A stretch of DNA of 64,000 nucleotides, from NCBI GenBank assembly GCA_044229975.1, contig JBGARZ010000012.1, positions 160,001 to 224,000 on the forward strand. Reading direction: 5' to 3'. The notes below the pieces were generated by a model. The model worked only from the letters and a program-made list of their open reading frames with translations. It had not been told where the DNA came from and did no database searches. The position numbers were made by a program, and so were the translations under genes. The DNA is from Polyangiales bacterium (GTDB lineage Bacteria > Myxococcota_A > Polyangia > Polyangiales > Ga0077539). This document shows, piece by piece, positions 29,864 to 38,778 of the stretch; the stretch's first letter is position 1, and each line of letters opens with the position of its first letter.

Positions 29864-31114
29864 ATGGCGAAGCTGCTGAGCCCGCACCCCAGCCAGGTCG
29901 GGTCCATCGTCTTCGTCGACGACGAGGCCGAGCTCGTGCTCGCGGTCGGGGGGATGCTGCGGGCGGAGTTCGGCGAAGCTCGCGTGCGCGCCACCACCGA
30001 CTCGCGCGAGGCCTCGGACTGGCTCCGTGAGGCCAAACCCGCGGTGCTCATCACGGACGTCCGCATGCCCGACCTCACGGGCCTCGATCTCATCACGCAG
30101 GTGGCCGCGACCTGGGGCGTCGCGCCGACGGTGGTCATCTCGGCCTTCCCCAACGACCCCATCACCGCCAGCGCCCGGCGCAGCGCCGTCGCGTACCTCC
30201 CGAAGCCCTTCGCGTTCGCCGCGCTGAAGGAGACCGTGCGCGGCCTGCTGGAGACCCCGCAGGACGCCTTCCACGGCGCGGTCGCGGTCTCGTCGCTGTC
30301 GGACATCCTCCAGCTCTATTCGATGTCGGGCGCCACCGGGCTGATGGCGGTGTCCTCGATGGGGAGGCAGGGCGAGGTGTGGTTCGAGCGGGGGCAGGTG
30401 GTCCACGCCAGCAGCGGCGACGTCGAGGGCTTCGAGTCGTTTCGCGACCAGGTCGGGTGGCCCAAGGGGTCGTTTGCCTGGCACCCGCGGCGCACCGACC
30501 GGCGCACCATCCAGATGAGCTTCTCGGCGCTGATGATGGAGGCCCATCGCCTCAACGACGAGGCGCTGGAGGTGACCCGAGACACCCATCCCCCGCCGCC
30601 GAGCGACGGGTTCGACCTGGGCGGGCTGTTCACGGGCAGCCCCACGCTGCATGGCGCGATCGGCAGCGAGGCGTCGGAGGTCATCAGTGATGTGCACCCC
30701 GTTGCCGCACCGCCACCGGAGGTGACCACGGACGACGAGAGGGACGACGCGCTCGCGACGACGACAGAGCCGCTGCTGCGACGGCTGAGCGAGCTCGACG
30801 GCTTCCTGTGCGCGGCGGTGGTGGACGGCGACCGCGACCAGCCGGTGGGGTTGTGGAGCGCGGGCAATGACCCGGCGGCCTCGACGGAGGGCAGCGCAGA
30901 GCTGGTCGGGCTGCTGCGCGCGACGGTCGAGCGGATGGCGTTGCAGGATGAGATCGAGGACGTGGTGCTGACGATGGGGAGTCGGTATCAGTTGATCCGC
31001 CCGCTGCGGGGGCGGCCGCGGGTGTTTCTGTACCTGGCATTGGACCGGGAGGCGGCGAACCTCGCGATGGCGCGGTTGCAGCTCGCGGTGGGGGAAAACG
31101 ACCTGGTGCTTTGA
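29864..31114 (+). CDS. Response regulator REC - DUF4388/PATAN-like - Roadblock/LC7-like protein
   Basis: FVDDE..TDVRMPDLTG..KPF; SLSDILQL..GEVWFERGQVVHA..W..GSF; C-terminal EIEDVVLT..YQLIRPL..FLYLALDR..NLAMARL. Confidence 0.8.
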   Translation: MAKLLSPHPSQVGSIVFVDDEAELVLAVGGMLRAEFGEARVRATTDSREASDWLREAKPAVLITDVRMPDLTGLDLITQVAATWGVAPTVVISAFPNDPITASARRSAVAYLPKPFAFAALKETVRGLLETPQDAFHGAVAVSSLSDILQLYSMSGATGLMAVSSMGRQGEVWFERGQVVHASSGDVEGFESFRDQVGWPKGSFAWHPRRTDRRTIQMSFSALMMEAHRLNDEALEVTRDTHPPPPSDGFDLGGLFTGSPTLHGAIGSEASEVISDVHPVAAPPPEVTTDDERDDALATTTEPLLRRLSELDGFLCAAVVDGDRDQPVGLWSAGNDPAASTEGSAELVGLLRATVERMALQDEIEDVVLTMGSRYQLIRPLRGRPRVFLYLALDREAANLAMARLQLAVGENDLVL

Positions 31115-31361
31115 CGGCAACCGTCATTCTTGTTGGTTATCGACTGAAGCATTCTCAGTCGGCCTGACAAGACAGAGCGAGGGTCGGCAGCCACGGCGGC
31201 GTGGCCCAATGAACACGCCTGTCGCCATCGAGCGATCGGCCCCGTTTTCATCGCACAATTATTTTCCCATGATGGCTGTAAGCCGAGAGCTTCGGCCGCG
31301 TACCAACGTCGCAATCACCGACCGCCGACCTGAGGCGGCCAGGAAGCGACGAGGTCTCCCG

Positions 31362-31988
31362 ATGCGCCATCTCCGATCCGTTCTCTGTGCGATGTCCGTG
31401 CTGTCCGTCGGTTGCCTCGCGAGCGAGCCGTTGCACCCGGTCGCGACGACCACGCTCGTCGTGCTCGGGCCCACCCCGTCGGCCGGACCCACCGCGCCGA
31501 TGGAGGTGGCGACCTCGCCCTTCGGCTCGACGCAGGAGCAGCCCGGCATGCTCCGCGGCGAGGTCTTTGCGCTGCCCGAAAACACCCACCACCTCCCGGA
31601 CTTCAGCGAGCTGCGACCCATCGCGACGCTCTTCGCGCACGAGGTCAACATCGCGCCGCGGAGCTTCAGCCAAGGGTTCCCCGGCGTGCCCGATCGGGTC
31701 GAGTGGTTCGGGGTTCGCTACAACGGAACCTTCCGCGTCGCGAGCGCGGGGCAGTATCGCTTCCGGGTGCTGGCCGACGACGGCGCGCGGCTGGTGATCG
31801 ATGGCCACACCGTCATCAGCAACGACGGCATCCACCCGCCGACCTGGGGCGAAGGGGCGGTTCCGCTGAGCGCGGGTGAGCACCGCGTGGTGGTGGAGTA
31901 CTTCCAGGGTCCGCGCTTCGACATCGCGTTGCAGGTGTTCTGGACGAGGCCGGGCGGGCAGGAGACGCTCTTCCGCGTCGACGGGTGA
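31362..31988 (+). CDS. PA14-domain lipoprotein
   Basis: Lipobox-like SVGC; GFPGV..EWFGVRY.G.F....GQYRF...DDGARL.IDG...NDGIH; EYFQGP. Confidence 0.85.
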   Translation: MRHLRSVLCAMSVLSVGCLASEPLHPVATTTLVVLGPTPSAGPTAPMEVATSPFGSTQEQPGMLRGEVFALPENTHHLPDFSELRPIATLFAHEVNIAPRSFSQGFPGVPDRVEWFGVRYNGTFRVASAGQYRFRVLADDGARLVIDGHTVISNDGIHPPTWGEGAVPLSAGEHRVVVEYFQGPRFDIALQVFWTRPGGQETLFRVDG

Positions 31989-32019
31989 GCGCGGTCGCTT
32001 CGTCGATCGTCGCAGGGCT

Positions 32020-33465
32020 TCAGCGGACCTGTCGAAACACCCCAAAGGGGCTTCGCGGATCGCCGCCTCGGCGCTCGCGTCGACGCCGCCGACGGTCGCG
32101 GTCGTCGTCCGACGGCGGCGCCAGGGAAGGCAGCACGAAGACCGGGGCCGCGCGCTCGCTCGCCCGGCGGGAGCGCGACGGCGCCTCGGCGGCGACGGGC
32201 GGTGCGGCGACGGGCGGTGCGGCGACGGGCGGTGCGGCGACCGGGCGAGCGACGGGCGCGGGTGGCGGCGCCGCGGCGATCGGACGCGCAACAACGGGTG
32301 CGACCGCGGGCGGCGCTGCGACAGCGGCAGGGTGACGGTCGGCGTTGAAGTGGCGGAAGACCGAGACGCCGGCGACGGCGAAGGCGACGGTGAGCAGCGC
32401 CGCGAGGCACACCACCGCGACGCTCGCGCGACGTGACCGCACTGGCACGGCGGGAGGAGCGACGGGCGCAGGAGGTGCAGCGAGCGCGGGCCCGGTGAGC
32501 GTCATCGCGGGCATCGCCACCGTCGGAGGGACGTGAGCGTCGGGGCGCGTCGGCGGGGCAGCGGAGCGTTGCAGCAGCGCGACCAGCGGCGGGACGGCGG
32601 CGCTCGCGTCGGCGAAGCGCGCGGAGGCGTCCCGGGAGAGGCAGCGGGCGAACCACTCGTCGAAGCCTGGTGGGATGCTGCCGTCGGCACCGAGCGCGGC
32701 GGCCCGCGCGGAGGCGCTCGGGAGCGGGAGCACGAGCAGCTCACCCATCAGCGCGGCGACGTTGGCGTTGGCGTAGGTCGGCGTCATCCAGAAGACGCGC
32801 CCGGTGAGCAGGAAGAACGCCAGCAGACCGAGCGACCACACATCCGTCGCGGGTGAAGCGGGGGTCTCGGGGTTGGTCTGTTCGGGCGCCATCCAGAGGG
32901 GCGAGCCGATGGAGCTGGTGGTCGCGTTGGCGGTGGCGAGGTTGAGAAACTTCGCGATGCCGAAGTCGAGCACCTTCACCGTGAAGGCATCGCCCTGCCG
33001 ACGAGACACCGCGACGAAGACGTTGGCGGGCTTCAGGTCGCGGTGGACGATGCCCGCGCGGTGGGCCGCGCCGAGGCAGTGCCCGAGCTGCGCCATCACC
33101 GTCGCCGTTTCGGCGGCGGACATCGCGCCGCGGCGCTTGACGAGGTGGGCGAGGTCTTCGCCGTCGAGGAGTTCCATGGCCATCCACGGGATGTGGAGCG
33201 CGTCGTCGACGCCCGCGCCGAACACCTCGACGGCGTGGTCGCTCGCGACCTGCGCGCTGACCCTCGCCTCGCGCGCGAAGCGGGCGCGCATCGTCGGGTC
33301 GGTAACATACCGCGCGTGCATCGTCTTGAGCGCGCGGAGCTGGTCAGACCCGCGGTGGCGCGCGACGTAGAGAGCGCCCATCCCCCCGCGGGCGAGCTCG
33401 CGGACGACCTCGTACTCGCCGCCGATGATGGTCCCCGGCGTGAGCGCGCCCTCGTCATCCAGCAT
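32020..33465 (-). CDS. Ser/Thr protein kinase with C-terminal TM helix
   Basis: RGGMG, ALK, HRDLKPAN, DFG, WMAPEQ, DVWSLG; Pro/Ala-rich tail with VAAPP 15 bp repeats near 32190-32240. Confidence 0.93.
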   Translation of the reverse strand: MLDDEGALTPGTIIGGEYEVVRELARGGMGALYVARHRGSDQLRALKTMHARYVTDPTMRARFAREARVSAQVASDHAVEVFGAGVDDALHIPWMAMELLDGEDLAHLVKRRGAMSAAETATVMAQLGHCLGAAHRAGIVHRDLKPANVFVAVSRRQGDAFTVKVLDFGIAKFLNLATANATTSSIGSPLWMAPEQTNPETPASPATDVWSLGLLAFFLLTGRVFWMTPTYANANVAALMGELLVLPLPSASARAAALGADGSIPPGFDEWFARCLSRDASARFADASAAVPPLVALLQRSAAPPTRPDAHVPPTVAMPAMTLTGPALAAPPAPVAPPAVPVRSRRASVAVVCLAALLTVAFAVAGVSVFRHFNADRHPAAVAAPPAVAPVVARPIAAAPPPAPVARPVAAPPVAAPPVAAPPVAAEAPSRSRRASERAAPVFVLPSLAPPSDDDRDRRRRRRERRGGDPRSPFGVFRQVR

Positions 33466-33645
33466 GGGGCGATCTCCCACGCGTCGCTGCGGTCACTCGG
33501 GGACGTCTCGGGGTGGCGTTGGCGGTCGGCAACGGAGCGGCCGGAGCATCGTCGACAATCGACGGACGGGCCAGCGTGTGCGGCGCGGCGCGGATGCGTC
33601 GGGTGTGGCGCGGTCGTCACGATGCGCGACGAGTGACGCTGAAGG

Positions 33646-33825
33646 TCAGAAGTTGACGCGGGTGGTGAGGCTCGCGCCCGCGGGCGAGCGGTCGATGACC
33701 GACGACGGCCCGAACAGGTTGACGTAGCCGCTCGCGAAGAGGGTCACGCGGCCGAGGTCGACGCCGACGGAGGCCCACGGGGTCGCGACGACGCGCGTGC
33801 GCGTCTCGACGAGGGGCGGAACGGC
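33646..33825 (-). pseudogene. Orphan C-terminal fragment resembling an outer-membrane beta-strand terminus
   Basis: LVETRTRVVATPWASVGVDLGRVTLFASGYVNLFGP..ASLTTRVNF*, high GC3, out of frame with the upstream small ORF. Confidence 0.4.
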
Positions 33826-34073
33826 TCGTCCCCTGCGGTGTTTCGGTGCGCGAGCCAGCGCGCCGGGGGGACCAGCGCCAACAGAAACGCGACCGATGTG
33901 CCGACGTAGAGGAGCGAGGGGTTCCAGCCATCGGAGAGGTCGACGGACATCAGCAGGGAGCCAACGACGACGGCCCCGGTCAGCGCCGACAGCAGACGCC
34001 AGGGCATCTCGACCTGGAGCGATGCCGAGGAGTCCGCGGTCTCGTCCTCACCCGGCGCGGGCATGGGTGCCAT
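33744..34073 (-). CDS. Small two-TM hypothetical protein, possibly a fragment
   Basis: WRLLSALTGAVVVGSLLM..LLYVGTSVAFLLALV hydrophobic segments. Confidence 0.4.
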   Translation of the reverse strand: MAPMPAPGEDETADSSASLQVEMPWRLLSALTGAVVVGSLLMSVDLSDGWNPSLLYVGTSVAFLLALVPPARWLAHRNTAGDEPFRPSSRRARASSRPRGPPSASTSAA

Positions 34074-34132
34074 CGTCGCCACGCTACGCCGTTCGAGCGC
34101 CGTCCGCGACGCGGCAGTGGTGCCGCCGCCTC

Positions 34133-34690
34133 TTACCGAACGAAGCGCTCGGCGTTGGCGTCCGACGCGACCCAACCCCACAGGTCGAAGCCCAGCAGAA
34201 ACGCTCCCTGCGCCAGTGATGCGATGCCCGCGCCGCGCATCCCGCGGTCGCCGTCCGCCAGCGCCCACGCGGTCGCCCCGGCGGCGACGTAGAGCACGTC
34301 GAGCCCGACGTTGAGCGCGAACACCGCGGCCGTCCTCCGCGCGGCGCGCGACCGTCGCAGCCTCACGGCGAGCTCGGTGTTGCCCGCGGCGTCGCGCTCC
34401 TCGCCCGGCACCCGCAGCAGCCACGGGATCGCCAGCCCGAGGTTCACCGCCCCGAAGGCCGCGGTCATCACGCCCGACCAGCGCACCGCGGGGTCGTCCG
34501 TCGCGACCATCATCGGGATGCCCGCCGCCAACGAGACGGCGCCTTCGCTCAGGAGCGTGCAGGCCCGCAGGCGCTCGTCGCGAGCCATCGCGTGCCGCGC
34601 CTCGTCCAACGGAACCGCGAAGGTCTGCGCTCGCGCCACCGTCGTGGCGAGCGTCAACGAGAGCGTCAGCGCAACGCGGTGCGGTCGCAT
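34133..34690 (-). CDS. Hypothetical membrane protein
   Basis: Signal peptide plus four TM segments; NVGLDVLYV and QGAFLLGFD motifs. Confidence 0.75.
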   Translation of the reverse strand: MRPHRVALTLSLTLATTVARAQTFAVPLDEARHAMARDERLRACTLLSEGAVSLAAGIPMMVATDDPAVRWSGVMTAAFGAVNLGLAIPWLLRVPGEERDAAGNTELAVRLRRSRAARRTAAVFALNVGLDVLYVAAGATAWALADGDRGMRGAGIASLAQGAFLLGFDLWGWVASDANAERFVR

Positions 34691-34737
34691 GGTGGCAGAA
34701 CGTTAGTGCACGACCGCCGCGCGAATACCATCGCGCC

Positions 34738-35697
34738 ATGACACCTGCGCCGCCCTCGATCGCCGACTCCTTCGCCGGCCTCGGCCCGAAGCAGCTCAAG
34801 TCCCTCGCGACGAAGCTGAAGAAGGCCAAGGCCAACTACAAGATCAGCGAGATCGTCCGCGAGGCCGTCGGCGATGAGGCCACGCCGCTCGACGTGGTGC
34901 GCCACCTCGTCGCGGCGGGTCACCTCGACCCGATGCCCAACGGCGCGCTGCTCTCGTACCTCGCCCACGGCGGGATGGACGCGCACGTGGCCGTCGCGAT
35001 CGCCGAGGCCCTCGCGCGGCGCGACGAGGCGGGCGCCGGCCTCACCGTCCGCAGCTCGAGTCTCGACTGGATGACCGGCTGGCCCGACGAGCTCGACGGG
35101 CCCCTGTACCGCGCGTACGCCGTCTCGCCCGCGGCCTTCGCGGAGCGCTCGGCGCGGTACAACGAGAACACCCGGCGCGGGCTCGCCTTCGTCGCGCGAC
35201 GACGCAACGAGGCGGTCGACGCGGCGCTCGTGGAGGAGGTTCTCGCCGAGCTCGCGCGGGGTCAGGCGACCAGCTACGGCATCTCGGGCAACGGCCAGTG
35301 TCCGTTCGTCGGCGACGACGGCGTCGAGGTCGCCCACCGCGTCGAGGGCCTCCCCGGGCTGCGCGTGATCGCCCTGCGCGTGGGCACCGCCGAGCAGTGG
35401 GATCGCGCGCTCGTCGAGGCCACGCGGCGCAACGAGTGGGGCCTCATCGAGAACGTCGCCGACGCGCTGGTGTCGCTCCCGCTCGACGAGCTCACGCGAC
35501 ACTTCGCGACCCGCACCCGCCGCGTCTTCGGCGACAGCTCCGCCGCCGAGGAGCACATCGCCGCGATCATGGACCGCCGCGACGACCCGCCCGAGGCGCT
35601 GCTCGCTCCCCTCGCCCACACGCCCGAGAGCGAGTGGGACGCGAAGCAACTCCGCGCGGCGTACACCGCCGCGGCCGAGCGCAAGCGCGCACGATGA
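34738..35697 (+). CDS. Hypothetical protein, paralogue of the central domain of 20791-22608
   Basis: Shared collinear blocks (see findings). Confidence 0.8.
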   Translation: MTPAPPSIADSFAGLGPKQLKSLATKLKKAKANYKISEIVREAVGDEATPLDVVRHLVAAGHLDPMPNGALLSYLAHGGMDAHVAVAIAEALARRDEAGAGLTVRSSSLDWMTGWPDELDGPLYRAYAVSPAAFAERSARYNENTRRGLAFVARRRNEAVDAALVEEVLAELARGQATSYGISGNGQCPFVGDDGVEVAHRVEGLPGLRVIALRVGTAEQWDRALVEATRRNEWGLIENVADALVSLPLDELTRHFATRTRRVFGDSSAAEEHIAAIMDRRDDPPEALLAPLAHTPESEWDAKQLRAAYTAAAERKRAR

Positions 35698-35778
35698 CGG
35701 GCTGAGCCGCCGCTCCACCGACGCACCGGGCGTCTGCGGTTGCCACGCGGGACGTTCGGTGGCGAAGCGAGAGCCATC

Positions 35779-36816
35779 TCAGCCCTCCGCGAGCAGCTCG
35801 CGCACCCGCGGCATCACCCTCGTCGCGTACATCTCGATGCTCTTCATCATCCGCTCGTGCGAGAGCGCGCCCGCGCTGTACTTCATGTCGAAGCGCGCGA
35901 GGCCCAGCGTCTTCACGGTGCGCGCGATCTTGCGCGCGACGGTCTCCGGCGAGCCCACGTAGAGCGATCCCTCCTCGATCTCGCGCGCGAACTCCCCCTT
36001 CGCCATCGGCGGCCAGCCGCGCTCTCCGCCGATGCGATCGCGCATCGCCTTGTAGCTCGGGAACAGCTCCTCCGCGGCCTGCGCGTCGGTCTCCGCCACG
36101 TAGCCATGCGAGTGGACGCCGACCGGTAGCTCCCCCTTCCCGAGCTGCTCCAGCGCGCGATGGAAGAGGTCGACGTACGGAACGAAGCGCCCCGGGTCAC
36201 CGCCGATGATCGCCAGCATCAACGGCAGCCCGTACTTCGCCGCGCGCACCACCGACTGCGGCGAACCGCCGACGCCGATCCACGCCGCGAGCGTGCCCGA
36301 GGCCGTGCCGGGAAAGACCCGCTGGTTGGTGAGCGCCGGCCGCAGCTTGCCTTGCCACGTGAAGGCTCTCTCCTCGCGCACCTTCGCGAAGAGGTCGAGC
36401 TTCTCCTCGAAGAGCGCCTCGTACTGTTCGAGCTTGAAGCCGAAGAGCGGAAACGACTCCGTGAACGACCCGCGCCCCAGGATCACCTCCGCCCTCCCCT
36501 CCGACACCGCATCGAGCGTCGCGAAGCGCTGAAACACCCTGATCGGATCATCCGAGCTCAGCACCGTCACCGCCGACCCGAGGCGGATGCGCTTCGTGCG
36601 CGCCGCGATGGCGGCCAGCACCACGTCCGGCGCGGAGAGGGCGAAGTCCGCGCGGTGGTGCTCGCCGAGGCCGATGAAGTCGACGCCGAGCGAGTCGGCC
36701 AGCACGGCCTCCTCGACGACGTCGCGAATGACCCGGTGGTGCGGGAGCGCGGCGCCATCCGCGCCGTGGGTGACATCACCAAAGGTGTCGAGGCCGAGTT
36801 CGATGAGGGCGGTCAT
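35779..36816 (-). CDS. LLM-class (luciferase-like) flavin-dependent oxidoreductase
   Basis: GEHH, IRLGSAVTVLSSDDPIRV, GRGSFTESFPLFG, VGSPETV. Confidence 0.93.
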   Translation of the reverse strand: MTALIELGLDTFGDVTHGADGAALPHHRVIRDVVEEAVLADSLGVDFIGLGEHHRADFALSAPDVVLAAIAARTKRIRLGSAVTVLSSDDPIRVFQRFATLDAVSEGRAEVILGRGSFTESFPLFGFKLEQYEALFEEKLDLFAKVREERAFTWQGKLRPALTNQRVFPGTASGTLAAWIGVGGSPQSVVRAAKYGLPLMLAIIGGDPGRFVPYVDLFHRALEQLGKGELPVGVHSHGYVAETDAQAAEELFPSYKAMRDRIGGERGWPPMAKGEFAREIEEGSLYVGSPETVARKIARTVKTLGLARFDMKYSAGALSHERMMKSIEMYATRVMPRVRELLAEG

Positions 36817-37076
36817 GGCTCAGGGTGATACGGCAAGGCGGAAGCCCACGGCGCGATGATCGCCGTCCGACTGCTCGGCCGGAAGCGGGGTCATCCGAAC
36901 GGCGTCCCGCCACACGCCGACGAGGAAGGTCGCCGTCGGGTCGTCCCAGTCGCGGGAAAGTTCGAGGGTCTGCTCGTCCCGGATGAACTCGCCCGCCCGC
37001 CAGCTCGAAGGCGGGTGGTCCCGTCGAACCTCGCCGATGCGATCCATGTTCAAGCGAGAGCAGCGGGAGGGTCAAG

Positions 37077-37613
37077 CTACGACAAGCGCGCGAACTCTTC
37101 GTCGGATGCGATCATGGATGGCGGACAACACGCCGGCTTCGGCGTGCGGTGGTCGGCGAGCAGTCGCCCGGCCCGTGGGCAATCGCGCTCACTACGGTCA
37201 GACCGCCAGCCCGTCTTCTCGTCCTCGGAGACGGGAACCCCTTCCAGCAAGTGCTTCGTCCACGTTTCGATCTCCCACTTCGAGATCGCGAGCACGATCT
37301 CCTCGTCCTGGCCTCGAGGATCGAGAGACGCGTCCGAGAGCGCCTTCGCGAGCTGGGCGTGACGCTCTTGCGTGCGAAGTTCGTCGGCGTCCGTGGCGAC
37401 CAGCAGAGCCTTGTAGACGTGGTTGCGCTTCGAACGGTAGGTGCTCACCTCGCCGGGGTATTCCGACGTCACCCACTGCTTGCCCGAACCGCTCTGGCTG
37501 ATCCGGGTCCGGATCGCGCGCACGTCGACCCCGCGCTTCGCCAGGTAGGCTTCGACGAATCGCGCGCCCGCCAGATCCTCGGCGATGACGACGTAGGTCG
37601 CCGTCCTGCCCAT
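37077..37613 (-). CDS. Small TOPRIM-like protein (DUF4276/RloB-like), partner of the ATPase
   Basis: VVIAED (conserved acidic residue), VATDAD (DxD), WEIETW; TGATG coupling to the upstream ATPase. Confidence 0.7.
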   Translation of the reverse strand: MGRTATYVVIAEDLAGARFVEAYLAKRGVDVRAIRTRISQSGSGKQWVTSEYPGEVSTYRSKRNHVYKALLVATDADELRTQERHAQLAKALSDASLDPRGQDEEIVLAISKWEIETWTKHLLEGVPVSEDEKTGWRSDRSERDCPRAGRLLADHRTPKPACCPPSMIASDEEFARLS

Positions 37614-38725
37614 CAGGCCCATCCCCGCGCGATCATCTCTGCGGGCGTGAGTCCGTCGGTGTCGTTCATCGTTCGAACCCGTACGGGGCCCGCGTCGAGC
37701 CGCTCGAACCACGCGCCGTGTGACTTCCAGAGCCGGTTGATGGCCTCCGGGTGGTGGGAGATCAGGAAGACCTGCCCATCACCCTCATCGAGCTTCTGCT
37801 CCAGCGCCTTGAGCCAGGGCTCGACCTCGCTCAGGGCGAGGTAATTGTCAGGCTCGTCGAGGCACAACAGCCCCGAGTCGACAGGGCCGAAGTGCAGCAG
37901 CGCGTACAACGCGATCAGCGCCCTCTGACCGTCCGAGAGTTCGTCGAAGTCCATGGAGTAACGCGACTCGCGATCGGCGCGCCCGTCGGGGGACTGTTTG
38001 GCGAGGCTCACGGAGAGCACCCAACGGTCGCGCCCCACCTTGTCCAGCTTCAGTCCTTCGAAGCGATCGAACACCGGGCGGAGGGCGGCGTGAAAGGACT
38101 GGAGCCTTACGCCGTCGCGGCTGACCTCGTCGTACCAGGAGACGAAGTTCTGCATGAGGGTGTCAGGCGACTCGACGCCGCCGGACGACTCGGCCTCCAT
38201 CAACTGCGGCACGATCGACAGGCTCCACGATTCGCGCAGGTGATCCCGCAAGGCCGTCAACAGCGAAGAAGCCCCGCGCTCCGGGACCGCGCAGAGCAAC
38301 AGGCGCGTGGTGGAGCTGCCATAGGAAGGACCTTCCGTGCCGTCGTCACCGTAGACCTGGGCGAGGCCATCCTTGAAGGTGAAGAGGGGTTGCGCGCCAG
38401 CGAAGAGGCGCTCCTCCACGACGCGGACCTGCCCCTTCTTTCCGCCTCGATCGAGCGTGAGCGTGTACCGGTACTCGCGCCCCGCGTGACGGACGTCGAG
38501 CTCTACGCGCTGCTCGCTCCGCTTCTCCCAACGAGTGAGGGAGGCATCCGGGAACTCGTCACCGAGCTCCGTAGTGCCGTCGATGAGTCGGCCGAAGGCG
38601 GTCACGAGTCCGATGAGCCCCGACTTGCCGCTGCCGTTGAGCCCGCCGATCAGGACCAGCTTGCCCGGTCGCCACTCGAAGTTCGTGAAACACCTGTAAT
38701 TGTCGACGTAAACTCGCGTCAGCAT
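37613..38725 (-). CDS. ABC-type AAA ATPase (AAA_15/AAA_21-like)
   Basis: NYRCF, Walker A GLNGSGKS, signature LSDGQR, Walker B LCLDEPDN, SHHP H-loop; no TM partner. Confidence 0.9.
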   Translation of the reverse strand: MLTRVYVDNYRCFTNFEWRPGKLVLIGGLNGSGKSGLIGLVTAFGRLIDGTTELGDEFPDASLTRWEKRSEQRVELDVRHAGREYRYTLTLDRGGKKGQVRVVEERLFAGAQPLFTFKDGLAQVYGDDGTEGPSYGSSTTRLLLCAVPERGASSLLTALRDHLRESWSLSIVPQLMEAESSGGVESPDTLMQNFVSWYDEVSRDGVRLQSFHAALRPVFDRFEGLKLDKVGRDRWVLSVSLAKQSPDGRADRESRYSMDFDELSDGQRALIALYALLHFGPVDSGLLCLDEPDNYLALSEVEPWLKALEQKLDEGDGQVFLISHHPEAINRLWKSHGAWFERLDAGPVRVRTMNDTDGLTPAEMIARGWA

Positions 38726-38778
38726 CGGTCACCTGAGACCCTCTACGAGGCACTCTACCGCACGTTCGTCGACCGCCC

